DNA of 64,000 nt from Candidatus Gastranaerophilales bacterium (GTDB taxonomy: Bacteria; Cyanobacteriota; Vampirovibrionia; Gastranaerophilales; JANQFW01): contig JANQFW010000135.1 in the NCBI GenBank assembly GCA_028277625.1, positions 9,424 through 73,423 on the forward strand, given 5' to 3'. Shown one piece after another: positions 20,059 through 28,529 of the stretch. The translations under genes were made by a program, and so were the position numbers. The notes beneath the pieces were generated by a model that was not told the origin of the DNA, did not search any database, and saw only the letters and a list, made by a program, of their open reading frames with translations. Every line of letters begins with the position of its first letter. The stretch's first letter is position 1.

Positions 20059-20158
20059 AAGGCCGAGCGAATCGGCGCTGCCGACGAAAAGCGAGGCCAA
20101 AGAAAATATGCCCCTATGAGTGGTAAGGGGTGGATAAAAAGATTTTTTATCCTTTAAG
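20059..20158 (+). repeat. copy A of the dispersed structured repeat (antisense to the btuB leader)
   Basis: AAGGCCGAGCGAATCGGCGCTGCCGACGAAAAGCGAGGCC..GCCCCTATGAGTGGTAAGGGGTGGATAAAAAGATTTTTTATCC aligns with the copies at 22047 and 58929. Confidence 0.8.
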
Positions 20159-20279
20159 TTTTAAATTTTCAAAATTTTATACAAAATAACAAACCTCATA
20201 ATAGAAGTTTGCTGATATTCATTGCGCTATTCCAGTTTTTTCATCGTTTATCCCCTTTTCTTGTGCATCGCAAGAGTAA

Positions 20280-20375
20280 GATTGAACAGAATATTGGTGT
20301 TCTGGCTTGGATATTATCCTTACAGTTGCGGCACAGCCTCGGAGTTTCACCGATGTTTCCCAGTTATTCTATTTT
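20280..20375 (-). promoter_or_regulatory. cobalamin (B12) riboswitch aptamer
   Basis: The minus-strand RNA reads AAUAGAAUAACUGGGAAACAUCGGUGAAACUCCGAGGCUGUGCCGCAACUGUAAGGAUAAUAUCCAAGCCAGAACACCAAUAUUCUGUU. It has a 9-bp P1 (AAUAGAAUA / UAUUCUGUU), the conserved GGGAA, GGUGAAA.UCC and CUGUGCCGCAACUGUAA cores, and a B12-box-like AGCCAGAACACC. It lies upstream of btuB-btuCDF. Confidence 0.88.
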
Positions 20376-20555
20376 AATATTACTTTTATAAGTCTTAAGA
20401 TTATGATATATATTACATGAAAGAATTTCAATGCTTTTTTATAAAAATTTATTTTTGTTTGTAAAATGAAAAGTAACTAATTTAAATTGCGAAATGTTAA
20501 AAATTAGCCATCTAAAGACCAATAGGTTAGAATTTTATATTGAGAGTTAGTATAT

Positions 20556-21056
20556 GTGAAAATTCTTGGTAGTAATATGAAAGATTCAATATTTTTTAAA
20601 GTTATATCAGGCTCTATAGAGATCGCAAGAGGTATGTTAACAATATTAAAGCATGCCTTTAGGCCATCTGTAACGCTTGAATATCCTGAAGTAAAACCTA
20701 AGCTTAGCACAAGATATAAAGGCCGGCTTGCGCTTTTAACTAATCCTGACGGCTCTTTTAAATGCATAGGTTGCGGTGCTTGCGCCAGAGTTTGTCCTTG
20801 CATGGACTTGATACAAGTTAAGACAGAGAAAGATGAAAACAAAAAGTTAAAAATGACCAACTATGTTGTTGATATAGGCAGGTGCATATTTTGCGGCAAC
20901 TGCACGCAGGCATGTAACTATAGCGCATTAGTAATGACAGATAAATATGAGCTGGCTGACTATTCAAGAGAAAAATTAGTATTTGATAAAGATGACTTGA
21001 AGTTAAGCCCAAGTGACTCTGAAGAGATACTTGGCAAAATGGCTAAAGACAATTAA
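20556..21056 (+). CDS. nuoI: NADH-quinone oxidoreductase subunit I (2x[4Fe-4S])
   Basis: 166 aa. TLEYPE, CIGCGACARVCP and CIFCGNCTQAC motifs. GTG start at 20556; the ATG at 20577 is an alternative. Confidence 0.9.
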   Translation: MKILGSNMKDSIFFKVISGSIEIARGMLTILKHAFRPSVTLEYPEVKPKLSTRYKGRLALLTNPDGSFKCIGCGACARVCPCMDLIQVKTEKDENKKLKMTNYVVDIGRCIFCGNCTQACNYSALVMTDKYELADYSREKLVFDKDDLKLSPSDSEEILGKMAKDN

Positions 21057-21071
21057 GGAGTAAACTTATAA

Positions 21072-21632
21072 ATGGAGGTTTTACAACTATTATTTTTTGG
21101 AATGTTCGCATTAGTGATTGTTGTATCTGCACTAGGGGCAGTATTTTGTAAAAATATAGTTCATTCTATTGTGTCTTTGGTTATCACATTTTTGTCTATT
21201 TCTGGAATATTTGTTTTATTAAATGCGGATTTTCTGGCAATTAGCCAGATTATTATTTATGCGGTAGGCATAACTATTCTTCTTGTATTTTCTATTATGT
21301 TTACAACTACAAAAGATGATAATAACCTTTGGATAGCATTTAAGCCACGCACATTGCTTGCATTTGTTGTTGCCGGCAGTTTATTTATACTTTTGATGTT
21401 TAATATTACTGATAAATTTACTGATTTTAATAAAAATCCAAAATTATTTATTACCAAAGCACCTAAAGAGAGTACGGTTAAGACTTTAAAGGAACAAGGC
21501 ACAACACCAATAATAGGTAAACAGCTTTTGACTACTTATGTTTTACCATTTGAAGTGCTTTCAATCTTATTGCTTGGTGTTGTTATTGGTGCAGCGGTTA
21601 TTGCAAAAAAAGAAGAAATTCCACCTTGCTAG
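21072..21632 (+). CDS. nuoJ: NADH-quinone oxidoreductase subunit J
   Basis: 186 aa, 5 TM. Typical NuoJ/NdhG N-terminus (AVFCKNIVHSIVSLVITFLSISGIFVLLNADFLAISQIIIYAVGI) and operon position. Confidence 0.88.
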   Translation: MEVLQLLFFGMFALVIVVSALGAVFCKNIVHSIVSLVITFLSISGIFVLLNADFLAISQIIIYAVGITILLVFSIMFTTTKDDNNLWIAFKPRTLLAFVVAGSLFILLMFNITDKFTDFNKNPKLFITKAPKESTVKTLKEQGTTPIIGKQLLTTYVLPFEVLSILLLGVVIGAAVIAKKEEIPPC

Positions 21633-21675
21633 GGTGTTAAGAGGGTAGGTACAAAAAACTTTTGTTACTTCCTTC
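21621..21675 (+). repeat. half copy E of the dispersed repeat, overlapping the nuoJ 3' end
   Basis: GAAATTCCACCTTGCTAGGGTGTTAAGAGGGTAGGTACAAAAAACTTTTGTTACTTCC aligns with AAAATTCCCCTTGCTAGGGGCAAGGGGTAGATATAACAAAATTTTCATTC of copy B. The TAG inside TTGCTAGGG is the nuoJ stop codon. Confidence 0.6.
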
Positions 21676-21713
21676 ATAGGATATGACATAAGTTATAGTT
21701 GGAAAGGTAAAAA

Positions 21714-22025
21714 ATGGAACTGGGACTGGCTCATTATTTGACATTAGCGGCAATTCTTTTCTGTACAGGTATACTAGGGCTAATCATCTCCAGAAATATT
21801 GTTAAAATACTTATTTCTATAGAAATATTGTTAAACGCGGTTAACATAAATTTTGCGGCTTTTGCTAACTTTGCTGACCTAGATGAAGCTAAAGGGCAAA
21901 TTTTTGCGATATTTATTATGGCAATCGCTGCAGCTGAAATTGCTTTAGGGCTTGCTATATTAATAGCCTGTTATAGGAATAGGCACTCTGTTGACATTGA
22001 AGATTATACATCCTTGAAAGGCTAG
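21714..22025 (+). CDS. nuoK: NADH-quinone oxidoreductase subunit K
   Basis: 103 aa, 3 TM, with conserved membrane glutamates (ISIEILLNAVN, AAAEIALGLAIL). Confidence 0.9.
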   Translation: MELGLAHYLTLAAILFCTGILGLIISRNIVKILISIEILLNAVNINFAAFANFADLDEAKGQIFAIFIMAIAAAEIALGLAILIACYRNRHSVDIEDYTSLKG

Positions 22026-22046
22026 ATAAAATCCTTAAAGTTTTTA

Positions 22047-22150
22047 AAGGGCGAGCGAGTCGGCTTAGCCGACAAAACAGCGAGCCATAAAAAATTCCCC
22101 TTGCTAGGGGCAAGGGGTAGATATAACAAAATTTTCATTCTAATTCTGAA
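22047..22150 (+). repeat. copy B of the dispersed structured repeat (between nuoK and nuoL)
   Basis: AAGGGCGAGCGAGTCGGCTTAGCCGACAAAACAGCGAGCCATAAAAAATTCCCCTTGCTAGGGGCAAGGGGTAGATATAACAAAATTTTCATTC. It contains two perfect hairpins: GTCGGC-TTA-GCCGAC and CCCCTTGC-TAGG-GCAAGGGG. Confidence 0.85.
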
Positions 22151-22165
22151 AGGTAAGTTTAAGTT

Positions 22166-24103
22166 ATGGAGTTTTTTATAAATAATGTATGGGTTATACC
22201 AGCATTGCCTTTATGGGGATTTTTATTAATTCTGTTTGGAAGAGCATTTAATTTTTATCAAAATAAATATATAAGCTTGGCTTTAACTGTAGGTTCTACC
22301 TTTATTGGCTTTATATTCTCAATTTTTATACTTTTATATTGTATAAATAATCCAGAAACAAACACCCGGTACAATATACTATGGCTGGATGCAGGTAACT
22401 TAAAGTTTTCTGTAGGTTGGCTTGTTGATAATTTAGCTGCAATGATGCTTGTGGTTGTAACCTCAATAAGCTTGCTAATTCAAATATATTCTCACGGATA
22501 CATGGAACAAGATAAAGGCTATCATAGATTTTTTGCCTATCTTGTTTTATTTAATTTTTCTATGCTTGCCTTGGTATTGAGCACTAATCTGTTTCAGACC
22601 TATATCTTTTGGGAGTTAGTTGGTGTATCAAGTTATTTATTAATAGGATTTTGGTTTGATAGGCCATCTGCAGCACAAGCTGCCAAAAAAGCTTTTATAA
22701 TAAATAGGATTGGTGACTTTGGATTGTTAGTAGGCACCTTGGCACTATTATTTTATTCACTTAACTGGTGGACAAGCACTCAAAATGTTTTATTAGAGTT
22801 TGCAACTCTAGGTCAAGCCGGATCATTGGCATTGGCTAATGCAGGTCCTGTATTATTTGGGCTTTTAGCTATAGGTTTGTTGTTAGGACCGATTGCCAAA
22901 AGTGCTCAAATACCTTTGCATACTTGGCTAGCTGATGCAATGGAAGGCCCTACGCCTATTAGTGCGTTGATTCATGCCGCAACAATGGTTGCAGCAGGTG
23001 TTTATTTAATAGCAAGATTGTATCCTGTTTTTGAATTATCAACACAAGTAATGACTATAATGGCGTGGGTCGGTGCGATTACTGCGTTTATTCCAGCTAC
23101 TATTGCTATTACACAAACAGATATTAAAAAATGTCTGGCTTATTCAACATGTAGTCAGCTTGGTTATATGGTTTTGGCAATGGGAATTGGAGCTTATTCA
23201 GCAGGGCTGTTTCATTTAATGACACATGCTTATTTTAAAGCTATGTTATTTTTATGCTCTGGGGCTGTAATACATAGCTTAGCCGATCAACAAGACATGA
23301 GATATATGGGTGGACTAAGAAAAAAAATGCCAACTGTTGCTTATACTTATTTGATAGGAACTTTAGCTATTTCAGGCTTGTTGCTTAGTGGTTTTTGGTC
23401 AAAAGAGGCAATATTATCGTCTTTATATACTCAAGGAAAAGGCTTACTATTAGTTATTGCATTGATTACTGCGTTTATGACAACATATTATATGTTTAGA
23501 AGTTACTTTATGACCTTTGAGGGTGAGTACAGAGGAAAGGCTCATTTTCATAAGCCTTCTAAAGTTATGACTGTACCATTGATTGTATTAGCTATACCTT
23601 CAGCAATAATTGGATTTCTTTTTAGTGGCAGTCTAAAATCTATAGGCATAGAGTCTTTTGACCGTTTTGTATTCAACGTTCATGCTATTCATGGCGATCA
23701 TGGTGGTTTATTTTTACCGATATGTTCTTTGATTATCGCACTTTTAGGTTTTTTACTTGCTGGTGTTATTTATTGGGATAAATTAACAAGTCTTTATTGC
23801 AGTTGCTTTAAAAATATTCAGAAACAAATCACCCCATTGTATAAGCTATCAATTAATAAATGGTATTTTGATGATTTTAATAACTTGCTGATTAAATATT
23901 TAATACTACCTATATCTGAGTTTTTAAGTATATTTGATAAATATGTTATTGATGGGCTTGTTAATTTGTGTGGGTTATCAACTTTGTACAAAGGCAAGGC
24001 TCTTTCTTTATTGCAAAATGGAAATGTTCAAACATATTTAGTTACGGCACTACTTAGTTTTGTGGCTATAATTATGGTTATGATATTAATTTATATAGTA
24101 TAA
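22166..24103 (+). CDS. nuoL: NADH-quinone oxidoreductase subunit L
   Basis: 645 aa antiporter-like subunit (WELVGVSSYLLIGFW, KSAQIPLHTWLADAMEGPTPISALIHAATMVAAGVYL). Confidence 0.92.
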   Translation: MEFFINNVWVIPALPLWGFLLILFGRAFNFYQNKYISLALTVGSTFIGFIFSIFILLYCINNPETNTRYNILWLDAGNLKFSVGWLVDNLAAMMLVVVTSISLLIQIYSHGYMEQDKGYHRFFAYLVLFNFSMLALVLSTNLFQTYIFWELVGVSSYLLIGFWFDRPSAAQAAKKAFIINRIGDFGLLVGTLALLFYSLNWWTSTQNVLLEFATLGQAGSLALANAGPVLFGLLAIGLLLGPIAKSAQIPLHTWLADAMEGPTPISALIHAATMVAAGVYLIARLYPVFELSTQVMTIMAWVGAITAFIPATIAITQTDIKKCLAYSTCSQLGYMVLAMGIGAYSAGLFHLMTHAYFKAMLFLCSGAVIHSLADQQDMRYMGGLRKKMPTVAYTYLIGTLAISGLLLSGFWSKEAILSSLYTQGKGLLLVIALITAFMTTYYMFRSYFMTFEGEYRGKAHFHKPSKVMTVPLIVLAIPSAIIGFLFSGSLKSIGIESFDRFVFNVHAIHGDHGGLFLPICSLIIALLGFLLAGVIYWDKLTSLYCSCFKNIQKQITPLYKLSINKWYFDDFNNLLIKYLILPISEFLSIFDKYVIDGLVNLCGLSTLYKGKALSLLQNGNVQTYLVTALLSFVAIIMVMILIYIV

Positions 24104-24128
24104 AGACAGTCAAGGAGTAATATAAATA

Positions 24129-25664
24129 ATGGAGTTTTTATCTTTAAATATTCTAATATTTGCACCGCTGATAGTAGCGGGAATTATATTATCGCCATTA
24201 TTTCCGAATGATGAAATTATAGTTAGGCGCTTTGCAAAAGGATTTGCTGGCCTTTTATTTATATATTCAATTTTATTTATGATATTTTTTAAACCTCATG
24301 AGGTAGGCTATCAATTTAAAGAAAACATTAAACTATTCTCAGATGCTAACTGGATAGAACCATTAGGTATTTCTCTTAGCTTTGGGGTGGATGGTATATC
24401 TATTATCTTAGTGGTATTAACAACTTTTTTGGTGATGTTGGCATTAATTGCAAGCAAGAAGGCTATAACAACCAAACATAAACTCTATTACTCTTTAATA
24501 TTAGTTTTAACAACTGCAATTTTAGGTATGGTTACTTCGAGAGACTTATTTTTATTCTTTTTATTCTGGGAACTTGAATTGATACCAATGTATTTTTTGA
24601 TTTCTATATGGGGGACAGGCAAAAAAGAATACTCAGCAATGAAGTTTTTTCTTTATACGTTCTTTGGTAGCTTATTTATGCTAGCTGGTATATTAGCGTT
24701 GAACTATTTTCACGTGATAAATACCGGCGTATCAACTTTTAGCATAGAAACTTTAACTTATTCTAGGCATTATGATATTCCATTTATGTTTGAGGCATTG
24801 ATATTCTTTGGATTTTTTATTGCATTTGCGGTTAAGTTACCTATTGTTCCACTTCATACATGGTTGCCTAATGCTCATGTTGATGCGCCAACACCTGTAA
24901 GTATGTTACTGGCAGGTATCTTATTGAAAATGGGTGGGTATGGACTTATTAGATTTAACACACAAATGCTCCCTGAGATGATTAAGATTTTTGCCCCAAT
25001 ATTAATTGTACTGGGCGTAATAAATATAATTTACGCTGCATTTGTGGCTTTGGTTCAAAAAGATTTAAAACTACTAGTAGCTTACAGTAGTATAAGTCAC
25101 ATGGGCTTTGTTTTATTAGGATTAGGTGCTTTAAATGTTGCTGGTATAAGTGGCGCGATGTTTCAAATGATAGCGCACGGACTTATTAGTGCAGGATTAT
25201 TTTTAGTAGTAGGGGTTATTTATCTTAGGACGAAAACAAGAACATTTAGTCAGCTAGGTGGCTTAGGGCAAGTAATGCCCAAGGCATTTTATTTTACAAT
25301 GTTATTGGCTCTTGCAAGCTTAGGTTTACCATTATTAATTGGTTTTGCTGCTGAGGTGATGATATTTTACGGGGCTTTTACTTCTGATTCTTTAGAGGGC
25401 TTTGTTTTATCAAACCAAGTTATGACCGGACTTGCTGCTATAAGCATTATTATCACTGCTGCGTATTTATTATGGATGCTGCAAAAGGTGTTTATGGGCA
25501 ATATGTTTGAAAAGTGGCAAAAAACTTCTGACTTAACTCCGCATGAGGCAATTGCTTTAACATTCTTGAGTATACCTATTGTTTTATTTGGACTATATCC
25601 TGAGGGGATAACATCTTTGTTTTTACCGTTTGTTGATAATTTAGTAAGCCATTTCACTTTATGA
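24129..25664 (+). CDS. nuoM: NADH-quinone oxidoreductase subunit M
   Basis: 511 aa (FLFWELELIPMYFLI, KLPIVPLHTWLPNAHVDAPTPVSMLLAGILLKMGGYG). Confidence 0.92.
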   Translation: MEFLSLNILIFAPLIVAGIILSPLFPNDEIIVRRFAKGFAGLLFIYSILFMIFFKPHEVGYQFKENIKLFSDANWIEPLGISLSFGVDGISIILVVLTTFLVMLALIASKKAITTKHKLYYSLILVLTTAILGMVTSRDLFLFFLFWELELIPMYFLISIWGTGKKEYSAMKFFLYTFFGSLFMLAGILALNYFHVINTGVSTFSIETLTYSRHYDIPFMFEALIFFGFFIAFAVKLPIVPLHTWLPNAHVDAPTPVSMLLAGILLKMGGYGLIRFNTQMLPEMIKIFAPILIVLGVINIIYAAFVALVQKDLKLLVAYSSISHMGFVLLGLGALNVAGISGAMFQMIAHGLISAGLFLVVGVIYLRTKTRTFSQLGGLGQVMPKAFYFTMLLALASLGLPLLIGFAAEVMIFYGAFTSDSLEGFVLSNQVMTGLAAISIIITAAYLLWMLQKVFMGNMFEKWQKTSDLTPHEAIALTFLSIPIVLFGLYPEGITSLFLPFVDNLVSHFTL

Positions 25665-25686
25665 TTTAGCTTGAGGGGATACTGTA

Positions 25687-27168
25687 ATGGATTTTTTACT
25701 TGATATAAAAACAGCTATGCTACCAGAGGTAATTATAACCTTTACTATTCTGGTGTGTAGTGTTTTATGTTTTATGCTAAAGCAGGAAAAGCAAAAATTT
25801 ATATATTTTATAAGTCTTTTAGGGGTTATTATAAGTTTAATATCAATAAACCTATTGGCTGCTAATAAAATATTTACTGGCTTTTATAATTCTTTTTCGT
25901 CTGACTTTTTCTCTATATTAATGAGATTCTTGATTTTATCGGGTACATTGTTTGTTATAGTTATGACAAAGGACTATTCTTTTAAGTTTAAACATAGACA
26001 AGGTGAATTTTATCTATTAATTCTAATAGCTACTTTAGGTGGGCTTTTGTTAAGCGGGGCAAATGATTTGATAATGATTTTTATTGCTTTGGAGACATTA
26101 AGCTTGTTGAGCTATGCATTAAGTGGCTTTTTAAAGAAAGATAAAGCAAGTAATGAAGCAGCGCTTAAGTATTTAATTTTTGGTGGAGCTTCATCGGCTG
26201 TGATGTTATATGGATTTTCTTTTTTGTATGGCATTACGGGGCATACTAATTTGACAGAAATAATTGCTTATTTGACTAATAATAGTAGTAATATGATGTT
26301 TAGTTTTGCATTACTTTTAACTATTGCAGGTTTTTTATTTAAAGTAGCAGGATTTCCTTTTCATAGTTGGGCACCTGATGTATATGAGGGGGCGCCTGTT
26401 CCTGTTGCAGCATTTTTATCTACAGTGTCTAAGGTTGCAGGGTTTGCTATTTTAATAAAGTTTATCGGCTTAGCATTTAATAATACTGAGGCTATAGGTA
26501 TTACACTGGGATTAGTTGCTTTGCTAACTATTACAGTAGGCAATTTTATGGCATTAAACCAGGTAAATATAAAAAGGCTTATGGCTTATAGCTCGATATC
26601 GCAAGCTGGTTTTGTATTGATTGGATTTGCATTGTTATCTTATATGGGAACGTCCGGGGCTGTATATTATTTGATAAGCTATTTGGTCGCAAACTTGGGA
26701 GCTTGGTTGGCTATAACTATATTTGATACTCAAACAAATAAGTCATTAATATCTGACTTGAACGGAATAGCTTATAGAAATCCTTATTTTGCAACTTGTT
26801 TTGCTGTATGTTTATTATCTTTAGCTGGTATTCCTGTTACTGTTGGCTTTGTCGCAAAATTTTATCTTTTTCACACTATTGTACAGATGGGACCTGCTTA
26901 TTTATGGCTGTTAATTATTGCGCTTTTGAACACTATACTTTCACTTTTTTATTATTTAAAAGTAGTAAAGGCTATGTTTGTTTGCAAGGGAGCCGATAAC
27001 GGTTCTAAATTAAACTTTAACATTGGGGTGTTAAGTACAAGTTTTGTTTTTTTAACAGTACTTGTTGTTGTTTTAGGAGTGTTTGTATCGCCGTTTATTA
27101 ATATAGCCAGATATAGTGCGGTTGTGATTGACAATGCTAACACCTCAGCTCCTGTTAGTGTGAAATAA
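25687..27168 (+). CDS. nuoN: NADH-quinone oxidoreductase subunit N
   Basis: 493 aa (FIALETLSLLSYAL, FKVAGFPFHSWAPDVYEGAPVPVAAFLS). Confidence 0.92.
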   Translation: MDFLLDIKTAMLPEVIITFTILVCSVLCFMLKQEKQKFIYFISLLGVIISLISINLLAANKIFTGFYNSFSSDFFSILMRFLILSGTLFVIVMTKDYSFKFKHRQGEFYLLILIATLGGLLLSGANDLIMIFIALETLSLLSYALSGFLKKDKASNEAALKYLIFGGASSAVMLYGFSFLYGITGHTNLTEIIAYLTNNSSNMMFSFALLLTIAGFLFKVAGFPFHSWAPDVYEGAPVPVAAFLSTVSKVAGFAILIKFIGLAFNNTEAIGITLGLVALLTITVGNFMALNQVNIKRLMAYSSISQAGFVLIGFALLSYMGTSGAVYYLISYLVANLGAWLAITIFDTQTNKSLISDLNGIAYRNPYFATCFAVCLLSLAGIPVTVGFVAKFYLFHTIVQMGPAYLWLLIIALLNTILSLFYYLKVVKAMFVCKGADNGSKLNFNIGVLSTSFVFLTVLVVVLGVFVSPFINIARYSAVVIDNANTSAPVSVK

Positions 27169-27185
27169 ATTTTCTCGCTAATAGC

Positions 27186-28310
27186 TTAGACAAATAAGTT
27201 GAAGTATTCAGCAAAAACATAAAGTTGAGTCTTTTTTGTTTTCTTAGATTCTTTTAGCAAATCTAAAGAAATAAAGTCTTTAATCAATTGATTAGATGTT
27301 TGATTTGTAACTTTTAAATGTTCTTGCACATCTTTAGTGCTAATAATAGGCTTTGAATACAGTAATTTTAATAGTTTTTCTGCATTTTCAGAACGTCTGC
27401 CAAGGCTTGAGACTTTAGCCTCAGCCTGATTTCTAATATCTACGATTTTTTCAAGAGTTTCTTTACTTTTTTGGGCTGTATCTCTTATACTAATAAGGAA
27501 AAATCTTATCCATTGATCCATATCATCTGAGCATCTAACTCTTGTTAATGAATCATAGTAATCTCCTCTATATTTTTCAAAGAAATCTGATAAATATAAA
27601 GTGGGTTTAGTTAATATACCCTTTGAAATAAGATGCAATGTTATCAAAAGTCTTCCTATTCTTCCATTGCCGTCTAAAAAAGGATGAATTGTTTCAAATT
27701 GATAATGACTTATCGCTATTTTTATTAATTCTGGGATTTCGAGTTCTTCGTTATGTATAAATAATTCTAAGTCTGTTAACAGTTCTGGTAGATCTTCGTG
27801 TGTTGGAGGTACAAAAAACGCATCTGCTGGACTTGGGCCTCCTATCCAATTTTGGCTTTGCCTAATTTCTCCCGGCAGCTTATTTTTTCCTCTTACGCCC
27901 TGAAGTAACACTGCGTGGGTTTCTTTTAATAGCCTGACTAATAAGGGTAGCTCTTGTAAGCGCTCTATGGCAAAATTCATGGCATGTGTGTAGTTTTGCA
28001 CTTCTTGCCAATCATCGCGCTTTTCAGGTGATATTTCTGATATAGAAAGAACTGCATCATCCATTAAGGTTTGAGTACCTTCTATTTTGCTTGAGGTTGT
28101 TGATTCTTTGAGAATATGCATATGAATAAAGAAATCAACTTGGGGAATTAGCTTTGAATAAGCGTTTAGCTCACCTAAAAGTCTGTTTGCTTCTTCAAGC
28201 AACAAATTTATTCTTACGTCTTCCCACTGATAGTTTTTATTTATAAGTGAGGGAAGGAAGCTTTTATATTTGTATTGTTGTTTATATTTTCCTGCTATAA
28301 ATTTACTCAT
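27186..28310 (-). CDS. Fic-family protein (class II, N-terminal inhibitory helix, C-terminal wHTH-like tail)
   Basis: 374 aa. Active-site motif HPFLDGNGRIGR. Upstream SSKIEG matches the (S/T)xxxE(G/N) auto-inhibition motif. Confidence 0.9.
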   Translation of the reverse strand: MSKFIAGKYKQQYKYKSFLPSLINKNYQWEDVRINLLLEEANRLLGELNAYSKLIPQVDFFIHMHILKESTTSSKIEGTQTLMDDAVLSISEISPEKRDDWQEVQNYTHAMNFAIERLQELPLLVRLLKETHAVLLQGVRGKNKLPGEIRQSQNWIGGPSPADAFFVPPTHEDLPELLTDLELFIHNEELEIPELIKIAISHYQFETIHPFLDGNGRIGRLLITLHLISKGILTKPTLYLSDFFEKYRGDYYDSLTRVRCSDDMDQWIRFFLISIRDTAQKSKETLEKIVDIRNQAEAKVSSLGRRSENAEKLLKLLYSKPIISTKDVQEHLKVTNQTSNQLIKDFISLDLLKESKKTKKTQLYVFAEYFNLFV

Positions 28311-28529
28311 GCTTAAACCAAATGTAAGTTAATTGATTTTTATCTTACATTATAGCAATATAAATGTAAAGATAGTCAACTTATGCTACATTAGACCAGC
28401 TAAACATATAAATAAGATTACAAAAACAAATTATAATACCCCATATTGTTTATGATAAAATTTTTTTATGTTTACATATATATAAATATCATAAACCTGA
28501 GCTGAGTCAGAATGAAATAAAGGTGAATT

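Noticed and set aside
20209-20391. 60-aa + strand ORF upstream of btuB.
   Set aside because: It lies exactly antisense to the cobalamin riboswitch. The GC-rich conserved RNA core explains the open frame.
20504-20860. 118-aa minus-strand ORF overlapping nuoI.
   Set aside because: The + strand frame encodes a complete NuoI with both 4Fe-4S motifs. The minus frame has no recognisable features.
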